64,000 nucleotides of DNA from positions 608,001-672,000 of the forward strand of contig OY760935.1 in assembly GCA_963664295.1 (NCBI GenBank). The letters run 5' to 3'. Under the pieces are notes generated by a model that saw nothing but the letters and a program-made list of their open reading frames with translations, was not told the origin of the DNA and made no database searches. This document shows positions 48,401-57,312 of the stretch, piece after piece. Numbering within the stretch: the stretch's first letter is position 1; the number at the start of each line of letters is the position of its first letter. This DNA is from Candidatus Altimarinota bacterium (GTDB taxonomy: Bacteria; Patescibacteriota; Gracilibacteria; CAIRYL01; GCA-016699755). Made by a program: the position numbers and the translations under genes.

Positions 48401-49713
48401 TAAGCGTCTTTTGCTTTTGCCATTTCTTGTCCTTTTGCTTTTAGTTGAGCTTCTTTTGGACTTAATTCTTCTTCTTTTTCCTGAATTTGAGTTTCTAATG
48501 TAGAGATATCCACTAGGTCAAAAATAGGATTAGAATGATAAGCTTCCAGTCTCCCATAAAATTCATCCTCTTTTTTAATTATTTCTTGAGCCAATGCTTT
48601 ATTTGGATTTGCTCTATATTTTCTTCGCAAGGTTCTTAGGTCAATTTCTTGTTGGCTTAATCTAGCATTTACCAAAGCAAAATTGTTGTCCTCCGAAACA
48701 CGATCCTCACACAATCCATCAAAAAGACGCATATCACACTGCATCATTCTTCTTTTGTATCTCTCCGCCACATCAGCATTGGTTTCTTTGGCACTAGGGT
48801 ACACAATAGCAATAAAACTACCTGAGTCTATTTTTCTCGCTTTTTCACCAGCTGGCAAAGAGGCATAATATTCATAAATTGCTTTATTAACAAGCATTCT
48901 TACCTCCCATTCTCGTAGCTTAGATAGTTTTCTTTTTTCTTTCTTTAGCCTTTCCTCTAAGCCACTCTTCTCTGTTCCACTTGCAGTTGAAACTTGCTCT
49001 TTTAATTTTTCCACCTCTATTTGCTTCAAAATAACAGCTCCAAGTACATTTTTTGCTGCCAAAACAGCAGCTTGATATTCTCTTTGTAATCTTTCTAGCT
49101 CTTTTTGCTTACTCACATTTTCTCTAGCTTTTGATAATAATCTATCTAATTTTTCTTTAATTGCTATTAATTCTTTTTTAGTTTTTTCTATGTTTTCATT
49201 TTTTATTAAATCAGGGAGCACTAAGTTTACTTTTTCGTATATATTTAACAAAAATGAAGATATCAGATTTGTCTTATTACTAAGATTAAACTTTACATCT
49301 GTATTGCTATCCAACAATTTATTAATGATGTTTAATTCTGCTTGCGTAAACCCAAAATCTTGAAAACTTGCCTTTTCTTGTGCAAGTTCAAGTTTTAATT
49401 TTGTAATCTCTTCTTCTTTTCCGCTTGCTTTCAAGTTAAAATATTCTTTTATTTGCTCATTTTCTTCCACCATGCTCTCATCCCAAACAGTAATCTTACC
49501 AGCAAGTTGCAAATATTCATCCGGATCACTATTTCTAATGTCATCAAGACTTTCTAAAAACCCATCAAAAATTTCATTACTATCAAATCTTTCTGCACCA
49601 AAACTAGGTCTTTCAGGTGTTCCCAAAAAAACTGGCAAATTGCACAAAAAAAACTTTTTCAACTTGTTATTTTCAGGTTTCTGCCAATGAAAATTACTAT
49701 TTTCAAATTTCAA
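45466..49713 (-). CDS. Giant coiled-coil hypothetical protein with a central hydrophobic hairpin (TTG start)
   Basis: 1415-aa ORF with E/K-rich heptads and a TM-like stretch TTAVGILYGIYKVAFGGG...IFGGVLL. Confidence 0.8.
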   Translation of the reverse strand: MKFENSNFHWQKPENNKLKKFFLCNLPVFLGTPERPSFGAERFDSNEIFDGFLESLDDIRNSDPDEYLQLAGKITVWDESMVEENEQIKEYFNLKASGKEEEITKLKLELAQEKASFQDFGFTQAELNIINKLLDSNTDVKFNLSNKTNLISSFLLNIYEKVNLVLPDLIKNENIEKTKKELIAIKEKLDRLLSKARENVSKQKELERLQREYQAAVLAAKNVLGAVILKQIEVEKLKEQVSTASGTEKSGLEERLKKEKRKLSKLREWEVRMLVNKAIYEYYASLPAGEKARKIDSGSFIAIVYPSAKETNADVAERYKRRMMQCDMRLFDGLCEDRVSEDNNFALVNARLSQQEIDLRTLRRKYRANPNKALAQEIIKKEDEFYGRLEAYHSNPIFDLVDISTLETQIQEKEEELSPKEAQLKAKGQEMAKAKDAYNKEKNKTSPDATQLDKLRKEYLKSVLEYELDKREVDQLKEEIDGLKENLKWQKTFQGRSPESKPLDKGGSYWNIFEKALERKELRKRFDDIERKLWLDSGIPEPADPKVKEFLLFACFYGYVELGNMITSLNTNSNLLYSQVAKGLSSSEPTSSGLAGLSEALAKFKKIETKKLTERLRNLQLEAFEKKTGVDLRATREKFIRLYFGQEGNGQANIIDPHLWFDEKGKFNEEEVNSSMLEKFLVMHNDVMQRKINPEAKNTSQASGALIENTELLKLLQGELLSRMDNYQKTLSDYYNAEQSGLDPDFMERGFDTWMDMVTSGDPLKMTTAVGILYGIYKVAFGGGKLGEYGKYIFGGVLLREFIKEYNGYDIFEEIGLFSEEKGQEGAIFQIYLDKLDWKKEELNPTAWQQKALESKQSPRLMKAMNDIEMHKLLDWHKKTRASEIQVDNAGEVIMNGMPDELKIFIEDLPGSTTESKQADLAMISLGLLELYFKDLSMERSKYKKPSVEEGIKVAEKMMSNSNLFNRKAKEKVTFGNLLALAIDKQDFNRSLEKNRDITDFVTQKFGEAWATAVPYLKDVARSGKEKLPVVIALLKKFFKEDAIPFVKDMANKGWNIVDTGIEKGKEYIEIAQGSKTYRLLMGTPGTDGLILKTAKLPFETAGWALEFSAEKLPEALTLLRHFSFNVVGGYVNMLSSMKNPEKEVTISSADALKQAVKDAGIHKQVQEAYGFVRPGDLDLALEYLFDPTTANSSTAKSFNTLITEIRKAVGEDTDLAKDSITQGEICRLFLVNLLGVDKLLDYGADKLTAGERKGVDLFQRLNSFAGDTGSLIPFVGDNVDKFFKDGNTLLEGAKLNDFNIKKGSRLPEVIISFDQIQKSLEKNGNKKIPWTVEMVDKLGDEVFKKAHANLVQGKSFKSVDPKKGQILMQDNSEKFKVIFKNLILQNPSQGVGGQYTKSGMKNWLEFVLANILSR

Positions 49714-49837
49714 GTTTTTATTTTTATTTCAGAAAATCATATTATTATCTCATAAATAAGCCTTTTTTTCAAGAAAAACCTCCTTGACGAAGCAAGGGAA
49801 AAACATAAACAAAAAACAGCCTATTTTTGTCTTATCT

Positions 49838-50614
49838 CGTCATTGCGAATCTAAAAAAAAGGATCGTCATTGTGGGCTTTTTGGGTTGTCATTGTGGACT
49901 TTTTGGATTGTCATTGCGGACTTTTTGGGGTGTCATTGCGAGGAACCTGCCTCTTTTTTTGTCATTATCGGACTTGATCCGATAATCCAGAGAATCATGT
50001 CATTGCGGACTTGATCCGCAATCTCCTTGTCCATGTGCCCAACTCCTATCTTGTCATTGCGGGCTGTTTAGGGTGGTGTCATTGCGGACTTGATCCGCAA
50101 TCTCGGGAGGCAGGAGGTCTCATTGTGAACATAAAACACACCCTTACTGTCATTCTGAGCGGAATGAAATGGAGCGAAGAATCTCCTTGTCCATGCGCTC
50201 AAGTCCTGCCTTAGGTAATTCAACAGTAATGACAACGGGAGATCCTTCGCTTCGCCTAAAGGCTCGCTCAGGATGACATACTATTTCTGTCATTCTGAGC
50301 GAAAAACACTCCCTTTTTGTCATTCTGAGCGGAATGAAATGGAGCGAAGAATCTCCTTGTCCATGCGCTCAAAATCTATCTTGTCATTGCGGACTTTTTG
50401 GGGTGTCATTGCGAGGAACCTGCCTCTTTTTTTGTCATTATCGGACTTGATCCGATAATCCAGAGAATCATGTCATTGCGGACTTGATCCGCAATCTCCT
50501 TGTCCATGCGCTCAAGTCCTGCCTTAGGTAATTCAACAGTAATGACAACGGGAGATCCTTCGCTTCGCCTAAAGGCTCGCTCAGGATGACAGAGTAAAGG
50601 GGCTCAGAATGACA
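49838..50614. repeat. Composite TGTC-tagged palindromic array 3 (largest)
   Basis: More than 15 GTCATT/ATGAC arms of several stem variants; internal direct duplications 49909-50035=50382-50508 and 50180-50278=50493-50591. Confidence 0.95.
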
Positions 50615-50696
50615 AAAAAGAACTTAAAACAAAAAAATAAAAACAATTAAAAAAAATTCATTGCCCTATATAAAGCCAAATAATCAACATTAAAAA

Positions 50697-50732
50697 TGTA
50701 TTACTGTATTAGTGTACCGGTACAGTAATACA
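50697..50732. terminator. 12-bp inverted repeat downstream of the DHH gene
   Basis: TGTATTACTGTA...TACAGTAATACA. Confidence 0.45.
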
Positions 50733-50741
50733 AAAATAAAA

Positions 50742-52328
50742 TTAATTATCTTTTTTCTGTTGCTTTGGCCTATTAACAGAATTTTTATTAACAGATTTAT
50801 TAACTTTTTTATTCAAATTTTTTGCACGAGGCTTATTTCTATTAACAGATTTTTTATTATTTTTTTTAATTACCACCTTGTTATTTTTAGGCTTATTTAC
50901 TGACTTTGCCTGTTTTTTAGATGATTTTTCACTCTCTTTTTCCAAAGAAAAATTCTCAACTGCTTTTTTTGCATTAGCCAAAATCTCATCAGGACTTACT
51001 TCTTCTTTTTTTTCTTTTTTTGACTTACTTAAGCCATTATTTAAATCAACTGACTTTTTCTGCTCTGCCTTTTGATCAAAATCCAAAACAACTTCTTGTT
51101 TAATATCGCCCTTTCTCTCATTTTTAACTGAAAAATCCGGTTTTTGCCTATCTTCTGGCTCAATCCCTAATCTTCTTGCTTGATAATCTTGAATTTTACT
51201 AACAACATCATTAGTTATGGCTTTAAAATCTGCACTTTTTTTAGGTATTTTAAAGCCGGCAGCTTGCCTATGTCCTCCTCCACCAAACATCTCTGCAATT
51301 TCCACTGCATCAATGGCATTAGAGGTTGTTCGCAAGCTACCGGCTACTATCTCATCTTCTCTTTCTTTAATTAAAAGTACAACTTCTGCTCCTGGAGCAG
51401 AAGAAAGAAGGTCGTCTAATATGCCTGCAAGCTCATCAGAAGTGGCTTTTGACTCCTGCAAATCCTGCAAAGAAACCGTAGACCAAACAAAACGATGAAC
51501 TGGATCATTTTTTATCTTTGAAAGCACCTTGCCCCAAAGTTTTAAAGTAGTTAAATTCTTAGTTTTAAATAATTTTCTAATAATTTCTTGTTGCCTTGCT
51601 CCATATTCAATTAAATCCGCCGCAATTTCAAAACTTTTTGGTGTTGTATTTGGATTTTGAAAACTACCTGTGTCTGTAATTATTCCTGTTAATAACAAAG
51701 TTGCAATATTTTCGTCCATTAACTGAACACCAAATTCTTGCTCCAAAGTTTCAATCAAAGAAAATATTACCTCTGTTGTTGAAGCAGACTTAGGATCAAT
51801 TAAGTTAATTGTGCCATAATTAGTGTTGGAAACATGATGATCTATATTGACTATTGTTGACTCTGAAAACATTTCTGTATTATTTGCATAAACCTTACCT
51901 AATTGCGATACATCAGCAGCATCAAGAGTAATAATTACAGAAAAAGCATTTTTACTTTTATCAAAAGTAATGTCTTTTTTTGCAAACTCTCCTTCTGATG
52001 GGGTCACTAAAATATTTAAAATATTACCTTTTTTATTCCAGCGTAATTTATCAACATTTGCGTTTGTACAATCTAATGAAATAACCAAGTCAGTTGGAAA
52101 ACCATATTTTTGAATAAATTTTTCATAACTTGGCAAAAAGGAAAAAACCTCAGGCAAAGGATCTGTGCTTGCTATTGTCACATCTTCTTTTCCTAGTTTT
52201 TTTAATATCAAATAAAAAGCCAATGTTGAAGAAATCGCATCTCCATCAGGTTTTACATGAGTAGTTAAAAGAATTTTTCCTTTCTTTTTTAATAATTGTG
52301 CGACTTGTTCCTTTGGTGAAAGTTCCAT
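50742..52328 (-). CDS. DHH/DHHA1 phosphoesterase (NrnA/GdpP-like) with N/K-rich tail (start set at MELSPK)
   Basis: HVKPDGDAI, ITLDAA, NIDHH, TDTGSF, GGGGHRQAAG. Confidence 0.9.
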   Translation of the reverse strand: MELSPKEQVAQLLKKKGKILLTTHVKPDGDAISSTLAFYLILKKLGKEDVTIASTDPLPEVFSFLPSYEKFIQKYGFPTDLVISLDCTNANVDKLRWNKKGNILNILVTPSEGEFAKKDITFDKSKNAFSVIITLDAADVSQLGKVYANNTEMFSESTIVNIDHHVSNTNYGTINLIDPKSASTTEVIFSLIETLEQEFGVQLMDENIATLLLTGIITDTGSFQNPNTTPKSFEIAADLIEYGARQQEIIRKLFKTKNLTTLKLWGKVLSKIKNDPVHRFVWSTVSLQDLQESKATSDELAGILDDLLSSAPGAEVVLLIKEREDEIVAGSLRTTSNAIDAVEIAEMFGGGGHRQAAGFKIPKKSADFKAITNDVVSKIQDYQARRLGIEPEDRQKPDFSVKNERKGDIKQEVVLDFDQKAEQKKSVDLNNGLSKSKKEKKEEVSPDEILANAKKAVENFSLEKESEKSSKKQAKSVNKPKNNKVVIKKNNKKSVNRNKPRAKNLNKKVNKSVNKNSVNRPKQQKKDN

Positions 52329-52378
52329 TTTTCGGTTAAAATATTTTTGAACTAAGTGTTCATTATATTTTACAATCA

Positions 52379-54436
52379 ATGAGAAGATTTGTCAAGAGCA
52401 ATATTTTTATTGCTTCCGGCGCATTATTATTAGGTTTTTGCTTCATCACTCTCTGGATTTATCTTTTAATTCCAATAAACAAAGAACTAATTGAGCCAAA
52501 TGAAAGTATAATAATTTTTGATCAAAATAAGCAAAAATTATATGAAATTTTGCAAAAAAACCAAGAAAAAAGCCAATATATAGAATATGAACAAATTTCT
52601 TCTTATTTTATTAAAGCAATTGTTGCTACAGAAGATAAAAGATTTTATAAACACAATGGAGTGGATTATTTAGGTGTCTCACGAGCAATAAAAGACAATA
52701 TTTTAATTGGCAGAGTTGTTTCCGGCGCATCTACAATAAGCCAACAATTGGCCAGAAATATTTTAAAAAACAAAAATCGTGGATTAAAAACAAAAATCGA
52801 AGAAACTCTTTTTGCTATGCGACTAGAAAAACAATTTTCAAAAGAAAAAATCCTGGAATTATATGCTAATAAAGTTTCTTTTGGTGGAGTATTGATTGGA
52901 ATAGAGAGTGCAAGTTGGGCTATTTTTGATAAACCCGCTTCTAATCTTGACCTTGCTGAGGCAAGTTTTTTAGCTGGTATCCCTAAATCCCCTACTAAAT
53001 ATTCTCCTTTTGACAACTTCAAAGAAACAAAAAAAAGGCAGGAGTTTGTTCTAAAAAGAATGTTAGAAGAAAACTTAATCAATCAAGTTCAATATAATGA
53101 TGCAATAAACGAAGAATTAAAAATCAACAAAGAACAAAATCCAATTAAAACACCTCATTTTGTTTTTTATTTACTAAACGAAAAACAAGAAGAGTTTGAG
53201 AAAGCAAAAAAAGAAAATAATAAAATTTACACAACTATTAACGCTGGCCTACAAGAGCAAGTGGAAGACATAATAAATAGCCACCTAGAGCTTATTGGCA
53301 AACAACATAACATTAGCAATTCTGCTGTTTTGGTTTTTGAAGCAAAAACTGGAAAAATTCTCGTAATGGCAGGAAGTAAAGATTATTTTGATGATAATAT
53401 AGATGGCAATGTTAATGTTTTATTGGCAAAAAGACAGGTTGGCTCAACATTAAAACCATTTTTATATTTATTAGCTTTTATGGAGCTTGGCTGGAATGAA
53501 AAAACCACTATTCTTGATGAACCTGTGGCTTTTGAGACCAGCGTTGCTTTGCCATGGGAACCAAAAAATTATGATCTTGATTATCGCGGTGAAGTGAGTG
53601 TCCGTGAGGCATTAGCTCAAAGCTTAAACATACCTGCAACAAAAACATTAAATGAAGTTGGTACAAATAAGTTTCTAGTTTTTCTACAAAAATTAGGAAT
53701 GTTTACTGTTAATAAAAATGAGGACTATGGCTTATCTGTTGCTTTAGGCACTCCAGATATTAGACCAATTGACTTAGCCTATGCTTATGGACTTTTGGCG
53801 CGCGAAGGAAAAAACTTTGAATTTCAAGTAATCGAGAATGAAAATATTTTTCAGGGTGAGCAAATTTTGCCCAAAAATAAGGTCTTGGAAATCACAGATA
53901 TATTAAGTGACAATCAGGCAAGAATTGATGCTTTTGGTGAAAATTCTGTTCTAGATTTTGATTATTCTGTTGCTGTAAAAACCGGCACAACTCGTAATTT
54001 TCGAGATAATTACTGTATTGGATATACTTCTGAAGTAGTGGTTTTAGTTTGGGTTGGTAATTCTGATGGTTCTAATATGCGCAATGTTTCTGGTATTACT
54101 GGCGCTGGCCCTTTGTTTCACAAAATTATGAACTTAGTTATGGAAAATTATGAAAAGAAAAATTTTCCTGAATTTCAAGAAAATGAAAATGAAACAAGTA
54201 TCAATAATAATTTAAGAATTCTTAGTCCATTAAATGGCTCTATTTATCAAATATCTGACCAAGAATTAGAGAATCAAAAAATAAAACTGGAAGCAAATGA
54301 AAAATGTAATTGGTATGTTAATAATAAAAAAATTGGCACAGGTAAAAAATTGCTTTGGCTACCAAAAAAAGGCACTTGGGACATCAAAGCAAAAAATGGC
54401 ACAAATGAAACTAGTATAAGAATTTATGTAATGTAA
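52379..54436 (+). CDS. Bifunctional transglycosylase/transpeptidase, PBP1C-like
   Basis: TM anchor; EDKRFYKH, GASTISQQLA; SxxK (STLK), SLN, KTGT; C-terminal BiPBP-like domain (ILSPLNG...WYVN). Confidence 0.9.
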   Translation: MRRFVKSNIFIASGALLLGFCFITLWIYLLIPINKELIEPNESIIIFDQNKQKLYEILQKNQEKSQYIEYEQISSYFIKAIVATEDKRFYKHNGVDYLGVSRAIKDNILIGRVVSGASTISQQLARNILKNKNRGLKTKIEETLFAMRLEKQFSKEKILELYANKVSFGGVLIGIESASWAIFDKPASNLDLAEASFLAGIPKSPTKYSPFDNFKETKKRQEFVLKRMLEENLINQVQYNDAINEELKINKEQNPIKTPHFVFYLLNEKQEEFEKAKKENNKIYTTINAGLQEQVEDIINSHLELIGKQHNISNSAVLVFEAKTGKILVMAGSKDYFDDNIDGNVNVLLAKRQVGSTLKPFLYLLAFMELGWNEKTTILDEPVAFETSVALPWEPKNYDLDYRGEVSVREALAQSLNIPATKTLNEVGTNKFLVFLQKLGMFTVNKNEDYGLSVALGTPDIRPIDLAYAYGLLAREGKNFEFQVIENENIFQGEQILPKNKVLEITDILSDNQARIDAFGENSVLDFDYSVAVKTGTTRNFRDNYCIGYTSEVVVLVWVGNSDGSNMRNVSGITGAGPLFHKIMNLVMENYEKKNFPEFQENENETSINNNLRILSPLNGSIYQISDQELENQKIKLEANEKCNWYVNNKKIGTGKKLLWLPKKGTWDIKAKNGTNETSIRIYVM

Positions 54437-54463
54437 AATATCACCTTTTTGTTGCTATTGTTT

Positions 54464-54915
54464 TTTTGAGGGTGTCATTGTGGGCTTTTTGAGGGTGTCA
54501 TTGCGGACTTTTTGAGGATGTCATTACGGACTTTTTGAGGATGTCATTACGGACTTGATCCACAATCTCGGCAGGTGTCATTCTGAGCGCAAAACACACC
54601 CTTGCTGTCATTCTGAGCGAAATGAAATGGAGCGAAGAATCTCCTTGTCCATTTGCTCAAGTCCTGCCTTAGGTAATTCAATAGTAATGACTACAGGAGA
54701 TCCTGAATCGAGTTCAGGATGACATACTATTTTTGTCATTCTGAGCGTAATGAAATGGAGCGAAGAATCTCCTTGTCCATTTGCTCAAGTCCTGCCTTAG
54801 GTAATTCAACAGTAATGACACAGGAGATCCTTCGCTTCGCCTAAAGGCTCGCTCAGGATGACAGAAAAAGTAAGAGAGAGGGAGAATGACAGAAGAAAGG
54901 GGCTCAAGATAACAG
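54464..54915. repeat. Composite TGTC-tagged palindromic array 4
   Basis: Four 23-bp tandem half-arms (TTTTTGAGG(G/A)TGTCATT(G/A)(T/C)GG(G/A)C), then two REPIN-like doublets and trailing ATGAC remnants. Confidence 0.93.
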
Positions 54916-54940
54916 AGTAAAGGAACTCAAAATAACGAAA

Positions 54941-55378
54941 TTAACTATCTTTCTTTTCCTGTTTCAGGCTTTCCCTAATCGCATCAGCTTGCTCTTTTTC
55001 TACATCACCTTGTATAGATTCCGCCTTTTGATCAAAATCCTCATTAGCCTCTTTAATTTTTTCTGTTGTTTTTTGCTCCTCTTCTGCAAGAAATTTTGGA
55101 TATTTTTCACTAATTTCTTCTGTCTTTGTTTGTAATTTTTGCTCTGCCTGCCTAAGACTATCCTGCAAATGAATTAATTTTTCCTCTTTTTCTTCAATTT
55201 GCTCAGAAACATAAATATCTTCAGATTCTATGAGTGCTTGTATTGCCATTAAAAATTCTTCTGGATATGGCTCACCTTGCTCAAAAAAACTTAATAAAAG
55301 ATTTTTACCTTCATCATTGAGGATACGAGAATTCTCTACTAACCATTTTGCCTTTTCTATGTCTGCTTGTGTGTACAT
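54941..55378 (-). CDS. Acidic coiled-coil hypothetical protein
   Basis: 145 aa, E/Q/K-rich; 14 bp downstream of the 604-aa gene. Confidence 0.7.
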   Translation of the reverse strand: MYTQADIEKAKWLVENSRILNDEGKNLLLSFFEQGEPYPEEFLMAIQALIESEDIYVSEQIEEKEEKLIHLQDSLRQAEQKLQTKTEEISEKYPKFLAEEEQKTTEKIKEANEDFDQKAESIQGDVEKEQADAIRESLKQEKKDS

Positions 55379-55392
55379 TTTTTTATTTATTT

Positions 55393-57207
55393 TTATGAAG
55401 CTTTTTTATCTATTTTATTTTTAGAAAAATCTATTCCTGCTTCTTTTGTCCAAGGATCACCCTCTTTTAATTCTTCAGCTTGACTTGAGTTTGCAAGGTC
55501 GCACACAACTTCATCATCATTAGCCTTAAAAAATATCAAAACTTCATCAGAATTATCTTTTTCTGTAATAGAAATTATTTCTCCAAAAACTAAATCATTT
55601 TCAAAGCTTTCTCCGTAATTATCTTTATTAAACTCTTTTATTTGATTAGAAAGTCTTTTGTCTCTAAATTTATCGCTACTATTAAAAGTATTAATAATTT
55701 CTTTTGCGTCTTCTAATAGTTCTGAGTCTTCCGATGCCTCAGTTGTTTCAGCTTCAGTATTTTTTGCAGTTTCTTCTTTTTCTGTTTCTGATTTTGCAGT
55801 TTCTGTTTTTTCTGCTTGTTCACCTTTTTCCTCTTTTTTGTCTTTCACCTCCTCTCCATCTGTCATAACTGTATAGCTAGTTATTCCTCTCATTGGAGCC
55901 CTATTCGAACCACTATAAATTATCCCTGTATTTAAATCAAAAATAATTTTTTTACCATTAGCCACAAGCTCCATTTTTTTACCTAATACTTTGGTGACTG
56001 TTAATTTCTTACCAGGAATAGTAAATCCCAAAAGGTTATTGTTCTTTTTTGTTATTCTTATAATTGACCCTTCTTTAATTTTGCCATTTAAAAGCTTAGC
56101 AAACATTTCATTTGCTCTTGCCATGTTTATTTTTGCTTTTTCTTTACCTTCTGCGCGATCTCTAAATATTTTTTGCATATCGCTTATTTCTGCCATTTTT
56201 CCTCCCATGCTTTTTAGATGTTTCACTAAACTTTGCATGTCTTTTTTGTATGGATTATCTGGTGGCAACCCATTTATTAAAGTAAGAATTTCATTTGGGT
56301 TTTCGCCTTTTTCTTTTGCCTTTTTAGGATTGAGATAATTATTTATTAAATCCTGCACCTTTGCCTTACTCATACCAAGATTTTCTGAAATAAATTCAGC
56401 TGTTTGATTAGGTTTTTTCTGTAGTTCAGATATTCTTGAACCCTCTCCCTCTATATTAGCTATTTTTTGTTTTGTTTTTTCTCGTGCTTGTTCTAGGCTG
56501 GCTATTGTTTTTTCTAGTCTTCCTATTCCCCAGTGACCTTTTCTTTTTTCAATGCGTAAATATTTATCACCAAAATCATCCACCTTACCAGCTATTGTCC
56601 CTAATTTTTCTTTAACAAAAGCATTAAATTGAAAATCAAAAAATTTCACTTCTCTAAGGTCTTTCATCATTGCTTCATGTTTTTTTAGTTGCTCTAAGGT
56701 GCTATTTGCTTCGTTTATTGCTGATTCTATATTATCTAAACGAAGCTTTAAATCTCTTAATAATTTTACTGATTTTTCACCCACAAAGCCTATTCTGTTT
56801 TCAAAGTCACCAATGGTTCTATCTATAAATCCAAGTCTTTTTTGATTTAAACTGTCTATTTCTGAAGTTGATCTAGTTTCTAAGTTTGCTGATTTTCCAG
56901 CTAATCTCATTCCCCCTTTTACTGCCAAGCCTGTAGCAATACCAGTGCCCAACCCAAGAGTTTTTATGCCAACTGGCGTAGCAGCAACAGACATAGCTCC
57001 ACTCATTTTATCATAAGCACCTGCCCTAATCCTCTCTAAAGCAGCCTTATTCATATTGTTCATTTCTGCTTCAGTAAGCATTGAAACAACTTTATCTCCT
57101 TGTGATGTTTCTACTGCTTCCTGCCCTTCATTTGCCTTATTTAAATAAATATTTTTGCCAAAAAAACTATAATTTCTGCCAAATTGATTATTTTTATTAA
57201 TTTTCAT
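55393..57207 (-). CDS. Hypothetical protein with Gly-rich hydrophobic segment, coiled coil and small beta domains
   Basis: 604-aa ORF containing GAMSVAATPVGIKTLGLGTGIATGLAVKGG. Confidence 0.75.
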   Translation of the reverse strand: MKINKNNQFGRNYSFFGKNIYLNKANEGQEAVETSQGDKVVSMLTEAEMNNMNKAALERIRAGAYDKMSGAMSVAATPVGIKTLGLGTGIATGLAVKGGMRLAGKSANLETRSTSEIDSLNQKRLGFIDRTIGDFENRIGFVGEKSVKLLRDLKLRLDNIESAINEANSTLEQLKKHEAMMKDLREVKFFDFQFNAFVKEKLGTIAGKVDDFGDKYLRIEKRKGHWGIGRLEKTIASLEQAREKTKQKIANIEGEGSRISELQKKPNQTAEFISENLGMSKAKVQDLINNYLNPKKAKEKGENPNEILTLINGLPPDNPYKKDMQSLVKHLKSMGGKMAEISDMQKIFRDRAEGKEKAKINMARANEMFAKLLNGKIKEGSIIRITKKNNNLLGFTIPGKKLTVTKVLGKKMELVANGKKIIFDLNTGIIYSGSNRAPMRGITSYTVMTDGEEVKDKKEEKGEQAEKTETAKSETEKEETAKNTEAETTEASEDSELLEDAKEIINTFNSSDKFRDKRLSNQIKEFNKDNYGESFENDLVFGEIISITEKDNSDEVLIFFKANDDEVVCDLANSSQAEELKEGDPWTKEAGIDFSKNKIDKKAS

Positions 57208-57312
57208 TTTATTTTTTCATATTATTTTATCATTAAAAGCAATTTTTTTCAAGTTTTCCTTTGCTTTTGAGGCAATTTTCTGGCAAAATTTTCTGGCATA
57301 TTTTTAAAATCA

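Noticed and set aside
49784-50458. Short ORFs 49784..50014, 50011..50214, 50273..50458 (and 14283..14465)
   Set aside because: They are translations of the palindromic repeats (CHCE, VILS, CHSER patterns), not credible genes.
49838-50614. Repeat arrays as CRISPR
   Set aside because: Repeats occur in both orientations with irregular spacing, spacers are repeated rather than unique, and there are no cas genes in the window.
52329-52379. Head-to-head overlap of the DHH and PBP ORFs at 52379
   Set aside because: Artefact of the longest-ORF start call; the DHH gene more plausibly starts at ATG 52328.
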